A stretch of DNA of 64,000 nucleotides from Octopus sinensis. Taxonomy: Eukaryota. Position numbers and translations under genes: made by a program. Location: the NCBI RefSeq assembly GCF_006345805.1, contig NC_042998.1, forward strand, positions 156,612,001 to 156,676,000, read 5' to 3'. Numbering within the stretch: position 1 is the first letter of the stretch; each line of letters begins with the position of its first letter. Below the pieces are notes generated by a model. That model saw only the letters and a program-made list of their open reading frames with translations. It ran no database searches and was not told the DNA's origin. Shown here piece by piece: positions 53,390-64,000 of this stretch.

Positions 53390-53900
53390 GTTAGAAAGTC
53401 TCATAATGGATCTGTTAAAAATGGAGTAATATTTATGTTGGGGTGGGAAGTTTGATTTGAAGATGTTAATGTTGAAGAGCTTAGGTTGAGTTTCAAATTG
53501 TAAGGAAGATGATGTGAACCATAGGATCTCACACCTCTTATTTTCCATATTTTATCTTCTATATATTAGATGATGGTGGTTTACATGAGATGACCAAAAC
53601 ATGCACCTCCTAGACACTGGCCTGGTTTCATATTTAGTAGATATGCAGTTATTACAGTAAATAGTGAGTTTAGTGTTAAACAAGCTAGTGGAATAGATAG
53701 TTTTAGGTGTAGTAGGATTTTTATATGGGGTCAACATATCTTACTTGTTTTTCAGCATAGTGTTGGGAACACAGGTGATTTTCTCCAAGAAGCCACGAGT
53801 AATGTAGGCCTGGTTATAGTATGATGCATGATTATTGAAAATGTTCTAATTTGCTGAGAGGTTGGAGATCTTAATAGACTTCATTTGCCTTTTTCATTTG
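53390..53900 (-). mobile_element. old PLE relic
   Basis: PYKNP...; RCEILWF...NFPPQHKYYSIFNRSIMRLS resembles the PLE RxIIWFNPP...HFP...KIFNRN motif. Confidence 0.6.
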
Positions 53901-54334
53901 CTATATTTTTATGCCTGTATCAATAAGTATAGATGATTTATATTCTTGAGGTTTTAATCTAATTTCAACTTGCTCTTAATGCTTGTTTTTTCTGTTACAG
54001 TCAATTGTTTTTTATCTAATAGATTTTAATGGTAACAGTACCCTGTCCAATCAGCTTTGAATGTTTATTTGATGAGTTACTAGATATTTATGTTATAAAT
54101 ACTTCTGAATATTTATGAACCACAGTATACTTATGACTGTTTAATAATCAATAACGGTTTATGAAGGTTTTCCAGTTTCAATCAAGTACTACTTTGCTCT
54201 ACCTTTGGTATTTGAATGCTATATTATCCACCTTGTTTGGCATCTATGTTCTTGCTGTGTGTATATCACTCTTTTATTAGTTCAAGCACAATTCTACAAG
54301 AGTAAAATGCAACAGCTGAAAAATGGAAATATAA

Positions 54335-54765
54335 TTGCAGAATTTTTCACTCAAGAACATTCCCATCCCATCAGATAAGCAATATCTAAAGAATTTGATT
54401 GAGAAAATAGAAGATTTTATTCAGAAAATGAGACAGTGCACTTATTTTTTCGATATGAGATTATGGCAGGACCATACTGGTTCCAAGTACTGATTTAAAT
54501 CATGAAAAAATATCCTTTTGTGATTAAGGACTTGAAAACCTTTTGAAAGGGATATTTTTGAAATAATTAGAAAGATATACTTTTGCTATGTGAACAACAA
54601 CTTTCAAAGATCTCTGAAAGAAAGTTTATATGTGCAAAATTCAGAAAAGACATTTGCTCCATGTGGCAGGACCAAAAACCCTTATGCTGTTGACAGGGGC
54701 CTTTATTATAGGTTCCTCTCTAACAGCATTACCAGTACTTATAAAAAGTTGGATCAAAATTTATG
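54335..54765 (+). mobile_element. old PLE relic, N-terminal region
   Basis: SLKNIPIPSDKQYLKNLIEKIEDFIQKMR; RTKNPY...SITSTYKK. Confidence 0.7.
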
Positions 54766-55258
54766 TGAGCTTACATGGTAGGTTCACTGTTTAGAATTAG
54801 CAGCTATGTCTTCCTGAACATATCTGATAATATGGTATTCTAGGTTCTCTGCACACAGGAAAAAACGCTGGATGGTCTTAAATGGAATACATAGTAAAGA
54901 ATTGTGTGAACTGCTGTTAACCTTCTAAAACCTTATTCAGCTGTGACCTTAAGTAAACAGTGTTGTAGGACTAAAATAGCAAATACAATGAACATGAAGA
55001 GCTGTTTGAATAAATGTTTGAAAGCTTTTTCTAATGAGATCCTGCAAATATCATACCTGTTATTATTAAATACCATGATACAAAAACATCAGTTGAAATA
55101 GATTTGACAAAAGCTGCTTTGACTCTGTTCACGTATATTTTTATATCTTACTGATTATATTTTTAAATTCAATATTGGATTATTTACAATTATCTTAAAT
55201 AAAACCTGCACATGACTTGCTGATTTGAATTTAAATTACTTTTATACAATCCCATTAG

Positions 55259-55379
55259 GTTTTCCATCAATCTGAACTGGAGATGATAGCTGCCTTATGT
55301 ATAAAGCATGATGTATTATGTATTTCTGATGAAGTTTATGAATGGCTCACTTATGATGGAAATAAGCATCTCAAAATTG
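55259..55379 (+). CDS. KYAT-like exon
   Basis: ag|VFHQSELEMIAALCIKHDVLCISDEVYEWLTYDGNKHLKI+g|gtaagt; SDEVY motif; phase fits neighbours. Confidence 0.93.
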
Positions 55380-55489
55380 GTAAGTGTTTGAATGTAATAA
55401 TGATGATGATGGGTATGACAACAGAATGGTAGTAAGAACATTTGTGCCTAGATTGACACTGTAATCCCTTTTGTGCAGTATTTGTTTTT

Positions 55490-55700
55490 AGGGTGATGAG
55501 CTGGCAGAATTGTTACCATGCTAAGCAAAATGCTTAGTTGCATTTTGTCTGTCCTTAAGTTCTGAGTCCACCAAGGTGGACTTTGCCTTTCATTCTTTTG
55601 GAGTCAATAAAATAAATACCAGTTTAGCTCTGGGGGTCTATGTAATCAACTTACCCTCACCCCTAAGCTTACTGGTCTTGTGCCAAAATTTGAAACCAAA
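55490..55700 (+). mobile_element. tRNA-derived SINE, family 2
   Basis: Homologous to 6924-7140; a weaker copy follows at ~55940-56120. Confidence 0.75.
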
Positions 55701-56695
55701 ATTTGCTTTATTTAGCCCCAAGTCAGCCCTGATCAATAAAACTTATGTTAAATACTGTTCTAGTTGTAACCATCTAAGGTATTTTTTTTTAGTATATCTC
55801 ACTTTGCATTGTACAAAGTGTCCTTTGCGGGGGTGGATAGGTTATGATGGTAACTTATTATTTGAAAAAGATTTGGCTGCTATTTCTAGCAGGTTGAGCA
55901 ACCATGTAGAGGTTCTTACTTAATTTTGGTAAATTCATAGAATGGTTGGAGCATGAAATGAAATGCTTTGCAGCATTTAGTTATGGTCTTTTATGTTCAC
56001 AGTTCAAATTCAGTTTTGTCTTTTACCCTTCCATGCTACATAATATAAAGTGCTGATCAAGTAATGATAGCAATTTAATTCCCAATAGTCTTACCACCAA
56101 AATTTGTGGCCCTATATAAATGTTCATCCATCCATCCATTCACCTTCATAGCTCACTGTTCATGTCAAGGTTGTGGGAGCAGAGTCTTCAGACACATCCT
56201 TCATAGAGCACTATCAGAAACAACTGTCAGCAAATGTTCCAGCTGGATCCCCAAATGAGACCAGACATGGATATTATTCAACCATTTCCTTGTGGTCTAC
56301 TCTTAGATCCTTGTCCATAAAATCTCTCTGCAGTTCTTTCCTCAGACGGGTGTAGTACTGAAATTGATTTCACAATGCAAAATAGTGGCTAGATGCTAGA
56401 CCTGGAATGACTCCTTGATTTCTGAATCTGTGCACTTGAGTGTTGTTACTACAGTTACCCTCTGAAGGAACTCCATTTTGGCCACTTATCTTTGTGATTG
56501 TTCTTTCAGTGCAAATGTTAGAAATCAATTTTTCATTTTGTTCCATTTTGGTAGATGTTTTTTTTGCCTGTCATTCTTCTAGGGATATCAGGCAACATGG
56601 TTACACTTCTCACTTATTAAATTATTTTTCTACTTAGATGTAAGAAATTAATATTAAAAGTCTGATAAAAGTTACTTTTTATTTCATTTTATCAG

Positions 56696-56862
56696 CCACA
56701 ATTCCTGGAATGTGGGAGAGAACTCTAACCATTGGCAGTGCTGGAAAAACATTTTGTGCAACTGGCTGGAAGACTGGCTGGACAATTGGACCTGCTGAAC
56801 TTATTACTTCTGCTATGGTTGTACATCAGAACAGTGTTTATCATGTACCAACTGTTACACAA
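56696..56862 (+). CDS. KYAT-like exon carrying the PLP-binding lysine
   Basis: ag|(A)TIPGMWERTLTIGSAGKTFCATGWKTGW...VPTVTQ|gtaact. Confidence 0.95.
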
Positions 56863-57219
56863 GTAACTATAACACTTATTTGTTTATGGCAGTAGAAATT
56901 TGGTTTCCAAAATGAAAAAATACATGAATATAATAATTTCTGTTTTGGCTGTTTTAGATCCATTTTTCCACACAAAGCAAGAACTTTGTACTAAAAATGT
57001 TTAGCTATAGTGTAACCTTTCATAACTCAGACTGAAGCAGCATTAGTTATGTATAACTATTTTATGTTGTCTTAGTAAAATCATACAATGACTGTAGCTA
57101 ATTTGTCATTTATTGTAGCATCTTATATACACATTCTGTGTATCACAGGAATTTTTTTGCTGTTTAATATGCTAATTTCAGATTATATAAAGAGAAGTAT
57201 TTGTTTTATAACTTGATAA

Positions 57220-57420
57220 CTTTTGGAGATCCACCTTCAGTACTTTGTCCCATGTCTTGCTGGGCTTCCTTCTTCCACAACTTCCATCTATTTTTGGTAA
57301 TCAGTACTTCTTTATGCTACTGTCCTCATCCATATGCATCATATGACCAAACTAGCACACTGCATCGAATTCCTTTTATGCCTAATATTTCTTTCAACGC
57401 ACTAGTGCTCTGTCACACTT
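57220..57420 (-). mobile_element. decayed RTE C-terminal fragment
   Basis: Minus strand FGHMMHMDED...GRRKPSKTWDKVLKVDL. Confidence 0.65.
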
Positions 57421-57789
57421 TCCTCAACCAAGATGGCTCCATAAGCAAAACTATTGCTGAGAAAGCTCCCACATTTTCTGCCAGTTTTACTTCCAACTCA
57501 ACAATATACACTCAACAAAACACTTCAAAAAAATTCATTCTGTAATCCACAGTCTCCACCATACACACACATACCTAGGTTGAAAATATCTTGGTTGCTT
57601 TAATATTTCTAAATAGTGGAAGTGGTTGTTAATAATAGCTCTCTCTCTCTCTCTCTCCCCCTCTCTCTCTCCCCCCTGCTCATCAGTATGGTTTCTGATA
57701 AGCAGGTCCACTAGAGACCAGCTCATCTGTATCATTCATCATTATATATGAACATTGTGTCAGATTAAACCAGCATAGTGTGTGCTGAC

Positions 57790-58410
57790 TCATCTATCTT
57801 ATCTATTAACTCTAGTGTACCCCATCACAGCCTTTCTACAGTACATTAATGACCTGATGGCTGACATATCTAACAATTCTGACTCATACAGAGATACCAT
57901 ATTTCACTTCTCCCTTACCTTCCACATACAGATATCCTCCATATGTAATGTAAATACTTCAAAGCCAACCTATACTGCTCCCATGATCACATACTTCAAA
58001 AACATTCTTCAATTGGAGGTATAAATTTTGTTATTTTAAACAATACAAAGATTCAATCACTGCACATAATATAATACAATATTATACTTTATCTTCTGTT
58101 ATCTTATAAAAAATGCAATTAAAACCCTTTAAGTTGCTGCAAGATTGGTTTTTACAAACTTTGAGAGGTCCCACTAGATCAGGAAAATCTTCAGCTCCAA
58201 GTGTTTGCTAACTTCTTACAAAATTCAAGTAAGGCCCACAGCAGAATACTGCTCCTATATCTGAAATGGTGTTGTGGCTACATAAACAACCTGACCATAT
58301 CCAAAAGAAGGCCTCCTGTAACTGGTAAAGACCAAGTCACAAATACATCAGCAACCTTCTATTTCTCTCTATTCTGTTGTTATAGTGATCCCTGCTTTTC
58401 TGAATAGTTA
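57790..58410 (+). mobile_element. highly decayed LINE RT relic
   Basis: FLQYINDL...SY(R)DT resembles FLxYINDL...YADD. Confidence 0.45.
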
Positions 58411-59064
58411 GATTCATACTTCTTCCATGCAACACACCCATTTTTCCATGCTAGCATCAATTACACAAATATGTTATTGAACCATTGTTTTTACAGGCAG
58501 AAACATTTTCTGCCATTAGCCCATAATACACACACATACATATACATACAGCTATGCCTGTCTACACTATGAAAATCAACAAGTAGACATAAAATGCTAG
58601 CAGAGAAGAAAACCATGAATAATGGTACTAATATTTTCTCAGTTATATCTATTTCAACAAATGTACATGTTTTAATTTTCCACTTATAAAATTTAGAAGA
58701 AAAATTGCAGTTTTATTCCAAAAGGAAGTGGAAGTGAATTATAAAGTAGTTTTATAATTACTTTATCTAAAATAAAATGATTACTTTACTAAAATAAAAT
58801 AACTAAACATACAAACATATATGCATACATAAAAATGTATTCATTTATTTAATAGTACAAAGAGTATATATATGATACTCAGTACATGCAACAGAGTTTA
58901 TTTCTTCATTCAAATTTAATGCATCACTTTGTCACTACACTGCATTTACAGCTTTTGTGTATTCATCAGGCAAGAAAGAGAGAATCGTCTCTTTGTCCTC
59001 TGAATCATCATCATCATTATCGTGAATGAATGTACAAAATCCAGAAACTTGAAATAAATTAAAT

Positions 59065-60500
59065 ATAATAATAATGAAATTATTGTATACAGTGCTCAGA
59101 TGCACCACAACTTATCAGAAAGTGCGTATAAAGTATATGCAGTAATGTACAAATGTCAGGAAAGTGAACAATGTATGAGTCAGATACATGCTTGTGTATG
59201 TATGGAGGGGAGAAAATCAGGTGTAGTGTTGGTGAATCTCAGAAAGCATGGAAGTTTTGAAGGATGCAGTGCTCCGACAACTAACAACTGATGCCGGCAG
59301 TTTGTTCCATGCTTCAGCAACTCTCAGCGTGAAAAAATGTTTCCTAAAGTCATGGGAGCTGTGCTGTTTTCTGACTTTGTAAATATGTCCACGGGTGTTA
59401 TTCGGGTGGAGTTTGAAAAGATGCTCAGAGTTATTGTTTGTAAGATGGTTGATAATTTTATGGGTGTCTGCCAAGTCAGCTGCCAGACGTCGGAGTTTCA
59501 ATGTGTCCATGCCCAGGGAAGTAAGGCATTCAGAATATGGCAAATGCCTGATGGAGGGTATTCTTTTGGTTGCACGTTGCTGAACGGCTTCCAGACGATT
59601 GATATCCTGGGCAAGATAGGGGTTCCAGACCGGTGATGCAAATTCCAGGTGAGGTCTTACCATAGCTATATAAAGCCGCAGATAGATAGTCGCAGAGTGG
59701 CTCACAAAGGATTTGGTGAGTGATGCCAAGACACCCTCAGCCTTCTTGACAATTTTAGCGATGTGTTTTGTCCAACGCAAATCACTGTCGACAATAACAC
59801 CCAGGTCACGTTCACACAAAGACTTTTTGAGATTAGTGTTGTAGAGGGAGTAGGTGGACGCTGGGTTTCTCCTCCCAAAATGCATGGTGGTACATTTGTC
59901 CACAGCCAGCTTGAGTTGCCAGTCCATGATCCACTGCTGCATTGTGTCCAGGTCTGCTTGCAATAGAGATCTATAGTGTACAGGATCTGACCTCTTTATT
60001 TCGAGGTACAGCTTGATGTCATCTGCATATTTCAGCACTGTGGCATTCTTTAAGTTGGCATCTATGTCATTAACATATGCAACAAATAAAAGGGGGCCAA
60101 GAACAGATCCCTGTGGTACACCAGATGTCATCTCATAGGGTAAAAAGTGCTGTCCTAGAACTGTGACAACCTCTTTTCGACCGCAAATAAAGGACAGGTT
60201 GTAGCTGGCTATGCTGAAAACTCCAGCAGAGAGTGCAGAATGTGCCCATGTTTCCGTGACTGTGATGAAATCTGAGTTGATACTTTTGACGTAAGAGTCA
60301 AAATTATGCACCTTGTTGTATAGACTACGGGCATTCAAGGACAGCAGTCTGTATCTGGATTTCAGATGATGATATACAGGGGATGGCTGATTGTTCTTGG
60401 TTAGTTTCCCAAGATTTTTGTATTGCCAGTTGTTGTTGTGGGTGCAGTTTGCTCAGTCCAACTGGTATCCCTCATCCACGACTCACCAGACTTGACAAAT
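59065..60500 (-). mobile_element. CR1-type LINE, 5'-truncated and internally deleted (ORF 59217-60338)
   Basis: ORF1 tail (WMRDTSW...GN*), NARSL/VTETW endonuclease start fused to SGVPQGSVLGP/YADD RT C-half; (TTA)n tail. Confidence 0.9.
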
Positions 60501-60583
60501 GAATTATCTTGCTTCAAATGGTTATTATATATGTATACTTCTTCAAACCATTCTGAAATTTTTCTATTTTTATCTTTTTTTAG

Positions 60584-60770
60584 GAAGCTGTGGCAATAGC
60601 TTTTGAGTGGGAACTACAGCATTTGAACACACCCAAGTCCTATTTTCAGTCACTGTCTCTTGAAATTACAAGGAAGCGTGATGCTTTAGCAGATGTATTA
60701 CTTGATCTTGGTATGCAACCAACTGTTCCAGAAGGTGGATTCTTTATGTTGGCTGACATCAGTTCTCTTG
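60584..60770 (+). CDS. KYAT-like exon
   Basis: ag|EAVAIAFEWE...KRDALADVLLDLGMQPTVPEGGFFMLADISSL+g|gtaaat; the gene continues beyond the window. Confidence 0.93.
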
Positions 60771-61684
60771 GTAAATTTTCATATTCCATACACTTCATTT
60801 CCATTTATTTTAAATTTCTTTTTATGCTATTTTTTTTGTAGTTGACTTCTCAACTAGAAAAAGTTTTGAAATGATAGAAAGATATAATTTGAAAGCTGTT
60901 TTGTTAACATAAGTTAGATGAATTTTACATGCTCTTATTTACATCTGTGTTTAAATAAACACAGAGATGCACCCTTAAAATGATTTATAATGCATACAGT
61001 CTCTCAAACATTTAGCACTGACCATTAATTTGGTATAATTAGAATGATTTTAAGCAACTACTTTTGAAAATAATTGTTTTACTTTGGAAGGATCATTCTG
61101 CCAATAAAACACATATATTGGTCACTATTATTAGTCAAAGGTCTTTCATCACTGCCTCATGCATTTTACTTGTGTTAATTAAAAAATTGTTTTCTTATAA
61201 AGGAAGATAATGCAAAAATTACACAAGTTAGGCAATATAGCATTCAGTCTTTTGATCCAAATAGAAATAGGAATTTACGAAAGTACATTTTCAGGATGGT
61301 GCCAAAATGTCAATTCTGAGAATGAACTCTAAAACCTTAGACAGTGGTTGCCTCAAAGAAAAAAGTATTCAAGGTGGAATTCAAAGGATGTGAATAGAAT
61401 TTTGTATTGACCTGATGAGCTACTTGAACAGCATATTGCTGTTCAAGTAATATTTCTAAAATTACAATTATTGAAGCAACAACGGTTCTGTCTTGCTTTT
61501 TTAATTGTGGCATATTGTGTTCATATTAGTATCATCTAATCTAGAGTGAAAAGTATACCTATTGTTCGAGAGTGTATCCAGTATATGAACATAATAGATT
61601 TTTATATGGCAATTACTTCTATCATCTCATAATTTGACTACATCTAAGCTGTTAGTCACAGTGAAATGCTTCTGTTTTGCAGAG

Positions 61685-62145
61685 GATATCTATCAGGATA
61701 TGAATAGACAAGGGCTGTTCTCAATGTGTGGGAAGCTGGTGGATCACTACTCTGTTGCATGATGACTCGAAATAGCATGTAGCTACATCAAAAGGCAAGC
61801 AGAGGAAGTGAACTGGGGTGATAAAGTGGAAGAGAAGACGATTGCAATGATGTGAGATACTTTAAAGAGAGTGCGAGCAGAAGATTCAGTGAAGGGCAGT
61901 TGGTATGTGCCTGATACAAAAAAAGGGATTGTGTGGTGTGATGCAAGCAGTATAGCATTGTCAGTCATTCTGGAAATAGGAGGTGTTAAGGTGGAAGATG
62001 CGGCATGTCTTAGAAAGGATGATGACAACTACATCAATGTAACTGAACTGGATGCTGTATTAAAGGGCATGACCCTAGCACTGAGTTGTGGATGTGACCT
62101 GCTAAGGTTCAAATTGATTCTGCCATGGTTCAGGGGTGGGTGACA
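61685..62145 (+). mobile_element. Gypsy-like pol relic (RT connection + RNase H)
   Basis: LFSMCGKLVDHY...ACSYIKR; VWCDASSIAL...INVTELDAVLKG. Confidence 0.75.
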
Positions 62146-62732
62146 TTTTTAGTGCTTATTGTACCTGTGCACTTTCCACACACAGAGCTTGCACTGGATG
62201 TACGATATGGAGTTTCTACCAACACCTTTCTTACATATGGTTTGATTAGGGTATAATCAATTTGGCGAGGAAACTAAAGAGAAAATATTACGACGATGAC
62301 CACCACAGATCTACAATGGAAGAATTCACCACGTGTAGTTGAGGGTAAAAGAAATCGTTGAACGACAGTAAGTACGTCCAAAATTTATAAAGCAGTGACA
62401 TACATACATACATAGATACTTGTAGCACACATGTATATACGTGCAGAGTGAAAATAAATCACACTATTTAATGTGACGGACTACACTGCAAAAAAATCAA
62501 AAATTTCATTTCTGTTTACAAACTTTCTCCGTGTCTATACGCACAAATACTTTTATGTATACACACGCAATATTTAAGAAAAAAAGGAATATACACAAAA
62601 AAGAACGAAACATGTGTATATACACACACAATATTTAAGAACAAGGAATATACACAAAAAAGAACGAATCAAAAACAAATATTTTATATTTTACTTTTAT
62701 CGTATTGTTGTTTACATTTTCTGTCTCTACGG

Positions 62733-63088
62733 ATGACCAGAAGCAACAGAATCGCCATGGTGAAATCCATAGCGGCGTGCGATAAGACTGGTCGCTGCTC
62801 TAAAATAGAACACTGCCCAGAAAATCACACCTGCCACATCTGTACGGAACCCGAAAATACGTTCCGTAATCGCTGGGTCGAATGTGGGACATGTCTCATC
62901 TCTGTCTGCCTCCAATGTGCCACGGACTTTCAGAAGATCCCAGGCCAAAAAAAGAGCCATCATAATGCTATGATGGATAGACTCTGGAAGATGGTTCAGC
63001 TTAAATCTTGGACTTTTCAGTGTCAGGCCTGCGTGCCTCCACAACCGACGATTGTGTCTCCCCCTGCCACTCCCGTGGAGGAGGCGGA

Positions 63089-63119
<31 letters not shown>

Positions 63120-63926
63120 AATCAACCACAACCAGAGCAGCAGCAACAACAACAACAGCAGCAACAACTAGAGCAGCAGCAGCAGCAACAACAAAATCAA
63201 CCACAACCAGAGCAGCAGCAACAACAACATCAACAACAACAACAGCAACAACAAAATCAACCACAACTAGAGCAACAGCAGCAACAACAACAACACCAAT
63301 TGACCAGTGCGGTTCTTGCAGAACTGCAACAATCGATCTGTGCTTTAAAAGGGGAAGTAGCAGGAATAAAAGCAACCATTCAGGTTGGACTCCACAATGA
63401 GGGGTCTTATCGGAATGCTCTGCTAAAGAACCTCCCTGTACCTGTACCTCTTGTCGCATTTAAGACCGCGGATTCTGCCACCCATGAAGTCATTGCCATT
63501 GGGGTGCCAGAAGACATGGCTGATCTTCAGGCTTTTGCTGCCAACTCAGCCAAAGACCTAGGCTGCGTTCCCCCAACGGGTGCTATCCGCCTTGGACGAC
63601 CTGGCCCAAAACCTAGGCTCATCAAGTTGTCTTTTACGGACCACACTGAGGCAACCTCTTACCATCTGGCCTCAGTTAAAGCTGGGCGTGAAAATCGGAC
63701 CACCTTCCGAACACGCCCAGGCTTACCGTCCGATGTACGTCCGAAGCTACGTGTAGTGGCTTCCCTGAATAGGAACTCAGCTCTACAGGAAAGCTTCAGT
63801 CTTCGGGAAGATGGACAAATCTGGAGATTTGTCAAGACTGCTGAAACGTGGAAGAGAGATACCAGCTGGTCTGAGTGCTCTCTACCCACAATAACTAAAA
63901 AGACTACAGCAACTCAGGGAAACTAA
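62733..63926 (+). CDS. CR1-type LINE ORF1 (PHD-like finger, polyQ linker, coiled coil, RRM-like region)
   Basis: CxxC...WVECxxC...CxxC...FQCxxC; IAIGVPE...RLG...PRLIKLSF; followed by ORF2 start (YKLLSLNA) and homologous to 60340-60500. Open for 397 codons. Confidence 0.88.
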
Positions 63927-64000
63927 GCCAGAACAACCTGCCATCCTCTACACACCATCATAAACTGCGAGCAGGGTACAAATTGTTGTCCTTAAATGCT

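Noticed and set aside
62727-63459. Poly-Leu, poly-Val/Ala and poly-Thr ORFs
   Set aside because: Alternate frames of the CAA/CAG tract in LINE ORF1.

Overview
Eukaryotic, very AT-rich, repeat-dominated genomic DNA, most consistent with an octopus/cephalopod genome (inferred from the tRNA-derived SINE types and kb-long (TA)n/(TATG)n arrays). The only host gene I can support is a spliced + strand kynurenine aminotransferase-like PLP enzyme (KYAT/CCBL family; four in-phase exons at 50676-60770). The rest is a nested cluster of transposable elements: about eight copies of a CR1/L2-group LINE (ORF1 with a Myb/trihelix-like domain plus a CCCH finger), PHD-type CR1 LINEs, RTE LINEs, a CRE-type endonuclease relic, several Penelope-like elements (PLEs), SINEs, a hAT deletion derivative, Helitron ends, a solo LTR and a Gypsy relic, with one 100-N gap. 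The structure least explained by the ORF track is a set of hammerhead ribozyme motifs, several with an unusually long stem II. Four of them sit at the outer ends of two fold-back elements. One fold-back is in a KYAT intron, where only the gene-sense ribozyme has lost its cleavage triplet. There is also a decayed intronless ubiquitin-specific protease (USP/C19) gene bracketed by a 31-bp direct repeat. All YI-rich ORFs are microsatellite artefacts. Calls are by eye; no alignments or folding programs were run.
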